This document shows, in pieces, positions 9,827 through 20,414 of a stretch of 64,000 nt of DNA. The stretch is from positions 1 to 64,000 of the forward strand of contig DAIDJN010000054.1 in NCBI GenBank assembly GCA_027451365.1. Reading direction: 5' to 3'. The position numbers and the translations under genes are program-made. The notes below the pieces were generated by a model. The model was not told the origin of the DNA, did no database searches, and saw nothing but the letters and a program-made list of their open reading frames with translations. Numbering within the stretch: position 1 is the stretch's first letter; the number at the start of each line of letters is the position of its first letter. This stretch comes from Phycisphaerales bacterium. GTDB lineage: Bacteria; Planctomycetota; Phycisphaerae; WQYP01.

Positions 9827-11152
9827 GTGGCTGAATCGTGGGTTGACATTCAACCGGTAAGCCGCCCGTTCCGCGCCACCGTCGCCGTGCCAGGCAGCAA
9901 AAGCATTACCAATCGGGCCTTGCCGATGGCCGCAATGGCCAGCGGACCGAGCCGACTTTCCGGCGTGCTGTTTGCCGATGACACCCGTCACATGATTGAC
10001 TGCCTGCGGCACCTCGGCGTAAATCTTGAAATTAACGAATCTGCATGTGAAATTTCCGTTTCCGGTTCCAGTCCCGCCTTCCCCATCGCAAACGCTGATT
10101 TATCCTGCGGAAATTCAGGTACCACCATCCGGTTCCTGACGGCCATTTGTGCCGCCATGCCCGGCACTTACCGCCTGGATGGTATTGAACGCATGCGACA
10201 GAGGCCAATTGGCGAACTTGCAACGGCAATTGCCAGTCTGGGCGGAAATATTCAGTTCCCGCTGAATCCAGGCTTCCCCCCCGTTCAGACAAGCGGCACC
10301 GGCCTTGCTGGCGGCCAATGTCGATTCAGCAATGTCAAAAGCAGTCAATATATTTCAGCCGTTCTGATGGCCGCGCCGCTCGCCCGGCGGTCTGTGGATG
10401 TCATTTTGGAAGGTCCCGTCACCAGTGAACCGTATGTCCGCATGACACTGGCCATGATGGAGCAATTCGGCATACGCACCTCGCAGGCCACACTGGACCC
10501 CCAATCTCCTGAAATGGGCCGCGTTGTAACCATTGCCGCCAATCAGCCGTACACCGGCCGTGCTTACGCCATAGAACCTGATGCCAGCAACGCGAGTTAT
10601 TATCTGGCCGCGGCGGCTCTGGTGCCCGGCTCCACAGTCGTCATCCCCGGTCTTGGCCGCAATTCCCTTCAGGGAGATATGCTTTTTGCCGATGTGCTTG
10701 GACAAATGGGTGCCCATTTATTTCTGGACGCTGATTGCGTCCGCATGACCGGAACGGCCCGTCTTGGCGGACTTACAATTGACATGAACTGCATTCCCGA
10801 CATGGTACAAACGCTGGCCGTTCTGGCACTTTTCGCGGACGGTCCGACCCATATTTGCAATGTCGGCAATTTGCGGATCAAGGAAACCGACCGCCTCGCC
10901 GCACTGGAAACAGAATTAACGAAACTTGGCGCGCAGGTACACACCACCGCGGACAGCATTACCATTCATCCGCCGGTACAAGTGACTCCCGCAACCATTG
11001 AAACCTATGACGACCACCGCATGGCGATGGCATTTGCGGTAGCCGGCCTGCGCGTGCCGGGGATCCGCATAAGCAATCCGGCCTGTTGCGCAAAGACCTA
11101 TCCGTCGTTCTTTACTGATTTTGCAGCCGCGACTGCCAGCCAGACACTTTAA
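9827..11152 (+). CDS. aroA: 3-phosphoshikimate 1-carboxyvinyltransferase (EPSP synthase)
   Basis: PGSKSITNR, GNSGTTIRF, SSQYISA, LRIKETDR, DHRMAM, KTYP motifs; probable GTG start at 9827. Confidence 0.96.
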   Translation: MAESWVDIQPVSRPFRATVAVPGSKSITNRALPMAAMASGPSRLSGVLFADDTRHMIDCLRHLGVNLEINESACEISVSGSSPAFPIANADLSCGNSGTTIRFLTAICAAMPGTYRLDGIERMRQRPIGELATAIASLGGNIQFPLNPGFPPVQTSGTGLAGGQCRFSNVKSSQYISAVLMAAPLARRSVDVILEGPVTSEPYVRMTLAMMEQFGIRTSQATLDPQSPEMGRVVTIAANQPYTGRAYAIEPDASNASYYLAAAALVPGSTVVIPGLGRNSLQGDMLFADVLGQMGAHLFLDADCVRMTGTARLGGLTIDMNCIPDMVQTLAVLALFADGPTHICNVGNLRIKETDRLAALETELTKLGAQVHTTADSITIHPPVQVTPATIETYDDHRMAMAFAVAGLRVPGIRISNPACCAKTYPSFFTDFAAATASQTL

Positions 11153-11276
11153 CCCGCGCCCTATGCCACATCCCGCGGCGCTGTGTGAAGAATCGCGGCA
11201 GGCAATACCCCAACGTTTCCCGTTTTTGACCAGTCTGATTTTTGCCGCGAAACATAAAATGGGTTATAAACTCGCC

Positions 11277-12299
11277 ATGACTCAGGCACATTCGGGAATT
11301 CAACCGCTGCAGGTGGGCATTATCGGCGACGGGGCCATGGGAACACTTTGCGCTCTTCTGCTGGCCGAATGCGGTCATTCCGTGCAACTTTGGGGCCGGC
11401 AAAGCCAGCGGGTGATGGAATTACGCACCGACCGCCAGAACCGCCGCTACCTGCCCGGCATAACACTGCCGGAATCCGTTCAACTCACCGATCAGGACAC
11501 CGCCGTAGCCAGCCGTGCTGATTTTCTAATTTGCGCAGTCCCCACACAATACATACGTTCCATTCTGCAGCGCCTGGCACCGCACATCCCCGCTGGATTG
11601 CCCATCGTCAGCGTCGCCAAGGGAATTGAAAATCAGACACTCCTTCGTCCGACACAAATTATCCTGGATGTGCTTCCCGACCGGTCCGTGGCGGCTCTTT
11701 CCGGCCCGTGCATTGCCGGCGAAGCGGCCCGTCGCATGCCCGCCACACTGGTGGCCGCTTCCAGCGATCATGGCCTGGCCACCCGTGTTCAACAGGTCAT
11801 GACAACACGCAGTGTTCGCATTTATCGCAATGCAGATCTGACCGGGGTGGAACTGGCCGGGGCCACGAAAAACGTCATCGCAATTGCCGCCGGTGTGCTG
11901 GACGGAATGAATATGGGCGTCAATGCGAAGGCGGCGCTCCTGACACGCGGTCTGGTCGAAATAACCCGCCTGGGCATGGCGATGGGCGCGCAAGCCGAAA
12001 CGTTCAGCGGACTCGCTGGCCTGGGCGACCTGGTGACCACTTGTTTTTCCCAAGAGGGAAGAAACCGCGGCTTTGGCCAGCAAATCGGCCAGGGAGTCGG
12101 GCCGGAACAGGCCATGGCCGCCATGACCGGCGTCGTGGAAGGGGCCGCGACCACGCGAAGCGTCTTGGAACTTGCCCAGCGACACAAGGTCGAAATGCCC
12201 ATCAGCGAAATGCTTTACTCGGTTCTGTTCCGCGCCAAACCGCCGGTCGCCGCTATTACCGAACTTATGAGCCGCCAGTTAAAAGCCGAACTGACATGA
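11277..12299 (+). CDS. gpsA: NAD(P)H-dependent glycerol-3-phosphate dehydrogenase
   Basis: GDGAMG, AKGIE, GATKNVIAIAAG, GLAGLGDLVTTC, RNR, VVEG motifs. Confidence 0.96.
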   Translation: MTQAHSGIQPLQVGIIGDGAMGTLCALLLAECGHSVQLWGRQSQRVMELRTDRQNRRYLPGITLPESVQLTDQDTAVASRADFLICAVPTQYIRSILQRLAPHIPAGLPIVSVAKGIENQTLLRPTQIILDVLPDRSVAALSGPCIAGEAARRMPATLVAASSDHGLATRVQQVMTTRSVRIYRNADLTGVELAGATKNVIAIAAGVLDGMNMGVNAKAALLTRGLVEITRLGMAMGAQAETFSGLAGLGDLVTTCFSQEGRNRGFGQQIGQGVGPEQAMAAMTGVVEGAATTRSVLELAQRHKVEMPISEMLYSVLFRAKPPVAAITELMSRQLKAELT

Positions 12300-13153
12300 C
12301 CACCAGCAATGCAGCAGAACGTTTCCACCGGTCGCTTCGCACGCTGTGCCGCCGGATGCGCGTGGCATTCGCTTTGCGCCTGGCGTTTTTCGTCACCGTC
12401 GGCAAACGGTTCACTGGCCAGCCCATTTTTGTTAATCAGGAGCCACGAGCATCCGAGTTGTCCTGCGGCTTAGCCATCGTATTGCCCGGAATTGAAGCCG
12501 CCGGGCCATTTCCCCAGGCCATCTGTCAGGGCATTCGTAACAGCCCCTGGCGCGGCGCGGTGGAAATATTTTACTGGGGCATTCCCTTTCCTGAAGGCTA
12601 TTTTCCCAACGTTATCTGGCTGAAAAGGAATCAGTATCAGGCCGCCGGCCTCGCACAAAAAATTCAGGATTACCAGAAAGCTTATCCGGGCCGCCCGGTT
12701 CATCTGTTCGGCAACAGCGCCGGCGCCGGCATTGCCCTGCTGGCGGTGGAACGATTGCCCATCACCAGTCCTATAGACAGTCTGGTATTCCTTCAAGGGG
12801 CTGTTTCGCCGAATCACGATCTGACGATCGCTCTTGACCGCGTGAAAAAGGGCATCTTAAATTGCTGTTCCCATCGCGATTGGATGGTTCTGGCGCTGGG
12901 TACTTTTATTTTCGGCACGATCGACCGCCGCCATTGCGTCGCCGCCGGCTGCCGCGGCTTTCATATTCCCACCCAACCCGAAAAGCGGCGGTTGTATATG
13001 GAAAAGCTGGTCCAGAAAAAATGGGTTCCGGAGTGGATCGACCTCTACGATCATTGGGGTTCACACGGTTCATCCACTTCTCATAAATTTATTTCGCAAC
13101 TGGTGATGCCCTGGCTGCTGCACGATACCGCCCCCGTGCCACCGGCAAATTGA
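12296..13153 (+). CDS. alpha/beta-fold hydrolase
   Basis: LPGI oxyanion loop, GNSAG nucleophile elbow, C-terminal His; ATGA overlap with gpsA. Confidence 0.8.
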   Translation: MTTSNAAERFHRSLRTLCRRMRVAFALRLAFFVTVGKRFTGQPIFVNQEPRASELSCGLAIVLPGIEAAGPFPQAICQGIRNSPWRGAVEIFYWGIPFPEGYFPNVIWLKRNQYQAAGLAQKIQDYQKAYPGRPVHLFGNSAGAGIALLAVERLPITSPIDSLVFLQGAVSPNHDLTIALDRVKKGILNCCSHRDWMVLALGTFIFGTIDRRHCVAAGCRGFHIPTQPEKRRLYMEKLVQKKWVPEWIDLYDHWGSHGSSTSHKFISQLVMPWLLHDTAPVPPAN

Positions 13154-13192
13154 AAACTCAAGGTCGTTCCCTGATATTTATAATTTATAATT

Positions 13193-13918
13193 TCAGGTAC
13201 ACGCCGTGGTGGATGGAACTTCACCGGCATCCCACAGGATCAATTGACCGGCCGAAAAAAAGGCCATCCCGAAGGCTGGCGATGCGGTTTGTATGATCTG
13301 CGAACCATTGGGCCGCGGCCGGGCCAGTGGTGTCAGGCTGCCCAGATTCTGGCTGCCATCCGCGCTTAGCACGGTGTATGTCCAGGTTGCCGGCGCGCTT
13401 TGCGAACCATCTGTTCCGCCATCTTTTTTTATCTGCACCGGGAACATGGCCGGCCACGCGGCGCAAATAAGAACCACACTTCGCGGCACTGCTTCCGCGG
13501 TGTAGCCGACCAGCAATCCAATGTGAAACGTGTTTAACCCCAGCAGATGGGTGGTGGCCGGACTGTTTTCCAGCAGATTCAAAACCAGGGCATTCACATT
13601 GCCGCTGTCGGTTAAACCTTCCGGCATAGTCAGGCTGGTGGCGGGAGCGGTGTCGCAGTCGGGCGAAAAAATATGGGCTGCATATTTTCCTGCGCCGGAT
13701 TCCAAGGCGGTGATTTTTACAATAAGGCCGCGCCCCACCGGCACAGCCCTTTTTTGGGTAAGCGCCACGCCCGCTCCGGACACGCGGGCGGCAGTTGTAC
13801 CTCCGCCGGCAAGCAGGCTGGAATTGGTGTTGATCTGATCAATAATCAGGTTCACGTGGCGGGCAATATTGTGCCATGGCTGGCGATCTGCAATCCATGG
13901 GGAAAGCGGGCTTTGCAT
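13193..13918 (-). CDS. hypothetical protein, phage tail-associated-like
   Basis: Intact 241-aa ORF. The C-terminal FPVxxxKDGGxxG...PATWTYTV...LILW...EV...AC pattern resembles planctomycete prophage tail-region proteins (recognition from memory). Confidence 0.55.
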   Translation of the reverse strand: MQSPLSPWIADRQPWHNIARHVNLIIDQINTNSSLLAGGGTTAARVSGAGVALTQKRAVPVGRGLIVKITALESGAGKYAAHIFSPDCDTAPATSLTMPEGLTDSGNVNALVLNLLENSPATTHLLGLNTFHIGLLVGYTAEAVPRSVVLICAAWPAMFPVQIKKDGGTDGSQSAPATWTYTVLSADGSQNLGSLTPLARPRPNGSQIIQTASPAFGMAFFSAGQLILWDAGEVPSTTACT

Positions 13919-14026
13919 GCACGATCCTGTGGCAAAAGCGATGACATATTAATCGGGCCGCGCCGGGAACAAAGCCAGTGTTCCCTTACGCCCGCAAATT
14001 TAGGATTCATGGAGCCTTGGCGGGCT

Positions 14027-14818
14027 TCATACAATTTCCGGAAACGCGGCATTAAAATCCGTCTGCTGAAATACCACAAACCGCGCCCAGCCGTTGCCGC
14101 TGGTTTGCGAGCCATCCGTCACAATGCTGGCGGCGACACCCGTGGGGATGGAACCATCCACATTTTTGAAGACCGCATACTGATCCCATGTTTCCGGGTT
14201 ATATGCAAAGCTGTAGGTGTTGCGGTACCAGACGCCATCATGTGTGGTGCCGTTAATGGGCAGGCAAAGCCAGGTTCGCGGCGGAAAGCCGCGCCAGGTT
14301 GCGGAATTTACCTTGCCCGCGTAGGCCAGCGTAACAGATTCCGGATCTGTGGTTTGCAGAAAATGAAAATTAATGGTGGCGTTGAGCACCAGGCGGTGAA
14401 GGTCGGCCACCTGGGTTTGGCCATTGCCGCCGGCGGGGGTATAGGTGACGGTGGCCAGATTGTTGGAAGCATCATAATGCCCCGTGGCCTGCACCAGACC
14501 GGCATTAAAACTTTTAAGATAACTGGCGGGGTAAAGGTCCCACTGGTATTCGCACAGCGTGTCAAAACAATCAAACCCCTGACAGTGTGTGCGGACATTG
14601 CGCACCACTGCTTCGGGCCGGTCCGGGTGGGCTGCGCCAATACCGGGAATGACAAACCCGCTGACGGTGTCGGTAGCCGACACCGCCATAATGGGCCGCA
14701 GCGTAGGCGAGTATTGAGACAAGCCGGTGATCTGAAATTTCCGGATAATGCGGTAACCCGACGCGGTCCATTCGAGCGGCTGGGGTAGAAGAAGGTCTTC
14801 TTTGATACTGATCGGCAT
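14027..14818 (-). CDS. hypothetical protein, phage tail/hub-like
   Basis: Intact 263-aa ORF with IPxIGxxHP, GKVNSATWRGFPPRTWLC and YSFAYNPETW motifs, resembling proteins that follow tape-measure genes in planctomycete phages (recognition from memory). Confidence 0.55.
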   Translation of the reverse strand: MPISIKEDLLLPQPLEWTASGYRIIRKFQITGLSQYSPTLRPIMAVSATDTVSGFVIPGIGAAHPDRPEAVVRNVRTHCQGFDCFDTLCEYQWDLYPASYLKSFNAGLVQATGHYDASNNLATVTYTPAGGNGQTQVADLHRLVLNATINFHFLQTTDPESVTLAYAGKVNSATWRGFPPRTWLCLPINGTTHDGVWYRNTYSFAYNPETWDQYAVFKNVDGSIPTGVAASIVTDGSQTSGNGWARFVVFQQTDFNAAFPEIV

Positions 14819-14992
14819 GTAAAGCTATAGCAATGGGAATGGCGGATAACAGCGCGGCGGGCGGCCTTGTTGCGCCAGAAGTCTCTCTGTCAGCAAAGCC
14901 TGTTTTGGTCCCAGTTGACCGGGAGTATCTCAATTTCCGCCTCTGGCCGTTGACTTTCCAACTGATATCCCGGATGTTTTCATTTTATGGTG

Positions 14993-15625
14993 ATGCAACT
15001 GCTGATCGCGACTTCCAATGCCGGCAAAATTCGGGAGATTACCCATGAAATTGCGGCCGCGGGACTGGGAACGGTTCAACCGCGCAGCCTGGCCGATTTT
15101 CCCGCAATCGCGCCTGTGGTGGAGGATCAACCAAGTTTCGCGGGCAATGCCATGAAAAAGGCCGCCGCGTATGCCCGCGCCTTCGGCGTGCCCGCATTGG
15201 CGGACGATTCCGGATTATGCGTGGATGCGTTAAATGGCGCGCCGGGCGTGTTGAGCGCACGATACGCCGGCGAGCCGTGCAACGATTCGGCCAATAATCA
15301 CCATCTGCTGCGGGAACTTCGGAATGTGCCTCCCGAAAAGCGCAGTGCCCGGTTTGTATGCGCTGTGGCCCTGGCAACGCCTTCGGCGAATCTGGCCCTT
15401 ATTGTGGAATCTTTGGAGGGGCAAATTATTGATTCGCCGCGCGGTGCCAACGGCTTCGGTTACGACCCGCTATTTTTCCTTCCGCACCTGAACTGCACCA
15501 CCGCCGAACTGACGCTGCCGCAAAAGGCGCTGCTAAGCCACCGCGGGAAGGCGGTGCGTCAGATGATTGACTGGCTCAAGCGGAATTTGCCCGCCATTGA
15601 AGCGTGCGCCGCGGCGGCAGAATAA
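14993..15625 (+). CDS. rdgB: non-canonical purine NTP pyrophosphatase (RdgB/HAM1)
   Basis: ATSNAGKIRE, ADDSGL, PGVLSARYAG, GFGYDP, SHRGKA motifs. Confidence 0.95.
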   Translation: MQLLIATSNAGKIREITHEIAAAGLGTVQPRSLADFPAIAPVVEDQPSFAGNAMKKAAAYARAFGVPALADDSGLCVDALNGAPGVLSARYAGEPCNDSANNHHLLRELRNVPPEKRSARFVCAVALATPSANLALIVESLEGQIIDSPRGANGFGYDPLFFLPHLNCTTAELTLPQKALLSHRGKAVRQMIDWLKRNLPAIEACAAAAE

Positions 15626-15699
15626 CCGCGCCGCCCCTGGATGCAACAGAAGAGTCAGGCAATCCATTTGGCCTGCAGCTGCGCCATTGGCCATATCAG

Positions 15700-16596
15700 T
15701 CATGACCGCTGATATACCCGCACGTAATCCACTTCAAACAATCCGGGAAAGCGTGTGCCGGCCGGGTTGCCGCCCGCGGTGCCGCCCACCGCAAGGTTTA
15801 AAATCATATAGGCCGGCTGATGGAACGGGTTAAAATTATCAAATCGCGGATCCAGCGTCTGCGATAAATCCACATGATTGTATAAATGTCCATCCATATA
15901 CAGTCGAATAAATTCCGGCCGCCAGTCCATGACCCAAAGGTGAAAGTCCGCGGCCCATCGCGGATTGTGCAATGCCGCAACAGGCGTAAACACGCTGCGC
16001 CACACCGCCTGGCCGTTGTTATTCTGCCAAGCCACGTTGGCATTTACATGACCGGCGTAATATTCCATGATGTCAATTTCCCCGCAGGCGGGCCAAGGTT
16101 TGGCCACACCAAGCATCCACCAGGCCGGCCATAGACCTGGTCGAATGTCAATGCGTCCGCGCATCTCGAAAATGCCATATTTCCAGGAATGAAGGCCGCC
16201 GGTGGTCAGAGAGCTGGATGTATACTGCGCAAACTTTCGCTGCTGCTGCCATCCGCCGGTGGGCCGGTAATTCGGATTTGTCACGCGCTGGCGTCGGGCT
16301 TCTATAATCAGTCGGCCATCCCGGCAAATGGCATTCTGCGGCTGATACCATTGCGCTTCATGGTTGCGAACAAAGCCACGCTCATAATTCCAGTTTTTCG
16401 GATTCGGACGTCCATCCTGATTGAACTCATCATGCCATGCCAGTCGATAACCGCGGGGAACGCGAAGATAAATGGCCTGGGCGGTTGAAAAATCCAGCAA
16501 GCCAACCGCGCTGGCGGTACCCAATGCGCTGGCGGCCAGCGCGCCGCGGATAATCGATCTGCGTGAGGCCCGTGGCGCGTCCAATAGTGACGTCAT
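15700..16596 (-). CDS. Tat-exported glycoside hydrolase family 16 (laminarinase-like)
   Basis: SRRSII twin-arginine signal; WHDEF, GLWPAWW, catalytic EIDIME, LNLAVGG, VDYVRVYQ. Confidence 0.9.
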   Translation of the reverse strand: MTSLLDAPRASRRSIIRGALAASALGTASAVGLLDFSTAQAIYLRVPRGYRLAWHDEFNQDGRPNPKNWNYERGFVRNHEAQWYQPQNAICRDGRLIIEARRQRVTNPNYRPTGGWQQQRKFAQYTSSSLTTGGLHSWKYGIFEMRGRIDIRPGLWPAWWMLGVAKPWPACGEIDIMEYYAGHVNANVAWQNNNGQAVWRSVFTPVAALHNPRWAADFHLWVMDWRPEFIRLYMDGHLYNHVDLSQTLDPRFDNFNPFHQPAYMILNLAVGGTAGGNPAGTRFPGLFEVDYVRVYQRS

Positions 16597-16770
16597 GAAT
16601 TCCTCCTATGGATTGATCCCGGGGATTGATTCTGCTGCGCAGCGGTTACGACCATAAATTCTGTTTACGATACGCATGACCACCGATGGAACGCCAGTTT
16701 GCCATCAGACCACCATATCGCCTGCGGCTGAATCCACCGGCCCGCACGATCGGATTCCGGCCGGCCCGCG

Positions 16771-18747
16771 TCAGGGCAATCCGTTTCCTGTACCCGCGGG
16801 GGCGTGTTTAATTTCCCCTGGAAGTCCGGTATTGAACGGCGAAGTGCCGCTGGCCGGACTTGTGGTTGCCGCAGGCCGCGTGGTGGTCGGCGCGGTGCCG
16901 TTGGCCCGCGGCCGATTAAGCGTTGCGTAGAGCGTGCGGCGGCGATGGCTGATTTTCTGAATATGGAAAATGGCTGGAATTTCCTGTGACTGGCACAATT
17001 TATACAGCATCACGACGATACGCTGATACGATAGCGCGATATATGCCTGATGTGGATCAAACTTCGGCGAAAACGGGTCCGGTGCGCCGCCCAAAGCGTT
17101 GATCAGCCCAGGCAATTCCGCATCACACGCAAGTGTCACAGTGCGGTGCGAAAGTGGCCCGCGGTAATACAACTGAATCGGTTCCGGCTTGAGCGTTTTG
17201 GCCGGCACCAACTTATTTATTCCGCCGCCGAACAGTTTGCCATTTTTGGCAGCGGCGGGCGGGCCGGCCGGGGCAGTTGCCGCCGGCATTGTGGCCGCGG
17301 TTGGCAGCGGGTAATTGACCGTAATGGTATTCCCAGGACTGATATACAAACTTCCGGGCACCAGAGAGGGCACTCTGCCGATAATCGCCACCCGCTGGCG
17401 GCCCGTGGTGGTGACATACACAATTGCAGGCTCATTGGTCTGCAACACATCGAGGCTGAATTTTCCACCGACAATCTGGGAATAAATCAGGCCGGAATGA
17501 ATGTGCCGCAATGCGCGGTACCCCAAAATGCGCATGGATGGCTGCGCCAGCGTAAGCAACCGTGTGAATGCAAGTGTGGCGCTGACATGGTCGCGGCAGC
17601 GTTCCAAGGCGCGCACCGCAGCCCCCTGGAAGGTGTTAGCGGGGTCATCGGCAATTTTCACCATTTTGACTATCGCGTCCTGATCGCCCAGCAATGTGCC
17701 GGCCTGCAGGCAATAAAATCGTACGGATATGTGGCTTGAAGCATAATGCTGCCGCAAAATCGGAATAATGGTGCGGCCCAACTGCCGCAGCGCCATGGCG
17801 AGCTGTCGATGCGGCGCGGTCGGATCATGCAGATCTGTGATCAAGCGGGCCGCCTGACTTTCCTTGAAACCAGGTACATCCTGCTCCAGATACAAGTGCA
17901 GCGCCAGATTCACAAATCGTGAAGGGTTATGCTGATATTTCCGCGGCACATGCAGACTGATCAGCACATCATTTTCCGCGGTTGCGGCCGGCGGAAAGCT
18001 TCCATAGCGTTCGTTGATAATGCGTTCCACAAGTGCTGCGATTCGGAATGACGGCGTATAAAGCTGCAGGAGAACGGGCAAATTGGCGGTCACCACGCCG
18101 CCGCCGATCACCCGGCCATTCCGGGTAAGTGCGGTCGGTTTCAGAAGATGGCCTGTTTTGGAAAATGGATTGCAGAATACCGGTCCCCGGCCATGGGCGA
18201 TCGGAGACGATTGAAATTGTCTGCGTAAATGCACGCGCAACGGCACCGGCCACAGGAGGCCATTTTCCAGGCTGGTCGTTTGAGATCCCGGCAGTGCGGC
18301 AACATAAAGATCAAATTTTGTGCCGCGCGTGGCCAGCGCGGGAATAATACCCTCTACAGCCACCGCGGAAATTTCCCGTGATGAAAGGATCTGCCGCGGG
18401 TCGTATTGACCGGTATTTCGCGAACGAAAGCCGACGCCGTTTTTCAGCAGCCGGTTGATCATGATATGCCGGATTTCCGGAGGCATTTCGCCGCTGCCGG
18501 TATTCGGCAGCCCCGCGATTACGCCCCAGCCGCGCACGAGGGTGGGCGTGTTGTAAGCCAGCGTGGCCACAGAACTGATGGTTCCCTTAAGACCGGAATA
18601 AATCGTCGGCTGCGGCAGGCGATCCTGTCGGGTAATTGGCGGCGCTCCACTGCGCCGCGCGCTGTTGCAGCCCGCAAGTGGCAGTGCGGCCGCCGCCGCA
18701 ATTCCAACCAGTCCGGCAACGCGGAAAAAATGACGCTTGTGGCGCAT
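16771..18747 (-). CDS. FlgI (flagellar P-ring)-like lipoprotein with HEAT-like extension, planctomycete type
   Basis: Lipobox LAGC; VRGWGVIAGLPNTG, GTKFDLYV, SLENGLL, GRVIGGG FlgI-like motifs followed by a helical repeat region. Probable start is the ATG at 18747. Confidence 0.7.
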   Translation of the reverse strand: MRHKRHFFRVAGLVGIAAAAALPLAGCNSARRSGAPPITRQDRLPQPTIYSGLKGTISSVATLAYNTPTLVRGWGVIAGLPNTGSGEMPPEIRHIMINRLLKNGVGFRSRNTGQYDPRQILSSREISAVAVEGIIPALATRGTKFDLYVAALPGSQTTSLENGLLWPVPLRVHLRRQFQSSPIAHGRGPVFCNPFSKTGHLLKPTALTRNGRVIGGGVVTANLPVLLQLYTPSFRIAALVERIINERYGSFPPAATAENDVLISLHVPRKYQHNPSRFVNLALHLYLEQDVPGFKESQAARLITDLHDPTAPHRQLAMALRQLGRTIIPILRQHYASSHISVRFYCLQAGTLLGDQDAIVKMVKIADDPANTFQGAAVRALERCRDHVSATLAFTRLLTLAQPSMRILGYRALRHIHSGLIYSQIVGGKFSLDVLQTNEPAIVYVTTTGRQRVAIIGRVPSLVPGSLYISPGNTITVNYPLPTAATMPAATAPAGPPAAAKNGKLFGGGINKLVPAKTLKPEPIQLYYRGPLSHRTVTLACDAELPGLINALGGAPDPFSPKFDPHQAYIALSYQRIVVMLYKLCQSQEIPAIFHIQKISHRRRTLYATLNRPRANGTAPTTTRPAATTSPASGTSPFNTGLPGEIKHAPAGTGNGLP

Positions 18748-19124
18748 GTTCACTCCAGGGGCGTTTGCCCGTTGTGGCCATGGGTTCGGCATGTTGTGCC
18801 GCTGCGGTTTGTCCCCGGCCAAGTCTGTAAAGCATACCCCTTCCACGTGCCCCATGACAAGGCAGAATATCCGCTGCGGCATCCGGAGATTTAAACAAGG
18901 CCTGCGCGGCCAGGCATGTTGCAGCGCCGCAAGCGTGGTACACGGGGCCCAATGAGAGCTTGTGACGTCAGAAAAATCGCCAGAGGTGGGCCGGCAACCG
19001 GATATTGATCTGGCCATGTGGAAGCATTTCCGAGGGTCGAAACCCGCGGTCGGCGGCGGTTGAGGCATATCGGGATGGTGTCTGTATTGTGCCGGACGCG
19101 GTGCGGGTCCGGATAGCGTATGCG

Positions 19125-20414
19125 TTACTGCCGCCAGAGCGGATCATCCGCGTCAATCGAAAGAATCGAACGTCGTGCCCGGTCGCTGACAAGAGGCCAG
19201 TGCATGTGACGAACGGAAATCGTTTCCATCAGGCCGCGCCCCATCAGGCGTCGCTGGTCGCGGTTTTGCAGTTGAATGGAGCAGTTGCTTCGCACGCTCC
19301 AGGGGGTCGCTTCCAAGGCTGTTTCATGATGAATCAGCAGTTCGACATTGTTGCCGCGGGCATCTCCGCCGTGCATGTCCAGTGTGGCCGGGTAGCGTAC
19401 CAGTGAACCGCTGGTGCGCGCCGAAACAATATCTGTTTCCGGATGTTCAATTACTACCGGATCGGATCCGGCCTGATAAATCGCGACCGAATTGGTTGAC
19501 TGTCTATTGCGTCGGACACCGTCCGCGGCGTTCCAGATAACCGCCCAGTCTTCACCAAGCACGCGTCCACGGCTGATTGACCGAATATCGCGCATCAGGC
19601 CTGATCCACCAAAATAATGGTCATGGTAGCCCAACCCCTGCATCGGCATATCCACCAGCATTATGTCGTCCGAAGCGCTGATATGCTGCAACCGGCCGTT
19701 CACTTTGCAATGCGGCGCGCTGACAATCCAGGAATGTTCAACCCCATCTTCCGCCGGTGGCCGCAGCGGCTGAACCATTGGCGTATAGTTAAAAGTCGGT
19801 TGAAACGTTAATTCCACAAGAAGAAACTGGTCCTGACGATGGCGCGGCATTAACAGCGTCGGATCCATAGGATACCCGCGCGCCACAAGCCCCACGCTTC
19901 CATCCTGACGCAAAGTAATGCGATTAGGCCCGACCGCGATTTCCGGACTGCCGCGATCGCCTCTGAACGACCCGGGCGGGTACAAGTTCAGCGATCGCAC
20001 CAGACATCGACCACCCTGAAAAAGAGAAATGGCCGCCGCTGGATAAAAGCCGGGCAGCGCCTGTTCGCGGACCGATGAAAGCTGATGATGTTTTTTGGAT
20101 CGGTAATAACGTTGAAGTTCCCGCAAATATCGTGGATGAATCGGCAGTCCGTCATAAAGGTCAATCGACACGCCGTTGCCGACGGCATCCATTGCGTCAA
20201 AATGCCAGCATTCATAGGCTCCGGGAGTGCGCAGCTGCCGCCAACCGTTTTGTTCCCAACGCGCCGCAAGGCTGGCGGCGGCCATACCCGCAATTCCGGC
20301 ATTCGAGCCAGCCTTGGAGCCAGAACTCGACGCAGGCCGATTATCCGCGGCGGCAAGTCCCACGGAACCGGCGGCGGAGTAAGAATATTTATCTTGTTTC
20401 AACATGATGGTCAT
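19125..20414 (-). CDS. CrtC/AttH-like (carotenoid 1,2-hydratase/lipocalin-like) protein
   Basis: PGAYECWHFDA (compare YEWWYFDA), HSW..APHC, GYHDHYFG motifs; start uncertain. Confidence 0.6.
   Translation of the reverse strand: MTIMLKQDKYSYSAAGSVGLAAADNRPASSSGSKAGSNAGIAGMAAASLAARWEQNGWRQLRTPGAYECWHFDAMDAVGNGVSIDLYDGLPIHPRYLRELQRYYRSKKHHQLSSVREQALPGFYPAAAISLFQGGRCLVRSLNLYPPGSFRGDRGSPEIAVGPNRITLRQDGSVGLVARGYPMDPTLLMPRHRQDQFLLVELTFQPTFNYTPMVQPLRPPAEDGVEHSWIVSAPHCKVNGRLQHISASDDIMLVDMPMQGLGYHDHYFGGSGLMRDIRSISRGRVLGEDWAVIWNAADGVRRNRQSTNSVAIYQAGSDPVVIEHPETDIVSARTSGSLVRYPATLDMHGGDARGNNVELLIHHETALEATPWSVRSNCSIQLQNRDQRRLMGRGLMETISVRHMHWPLVSDRARRSILSIDADDPLWRQ

Noticed and set aside
13673..14788. Long antisense or alternate-frame ORFs (e.g. 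13673..14788 +, 21963..22982 +, 27312..28241 -, 60139..61047 -)
   Set aside because: They are shadow ORFs overlapping better-supported genes in GC-rich DNA and have no family motifs.
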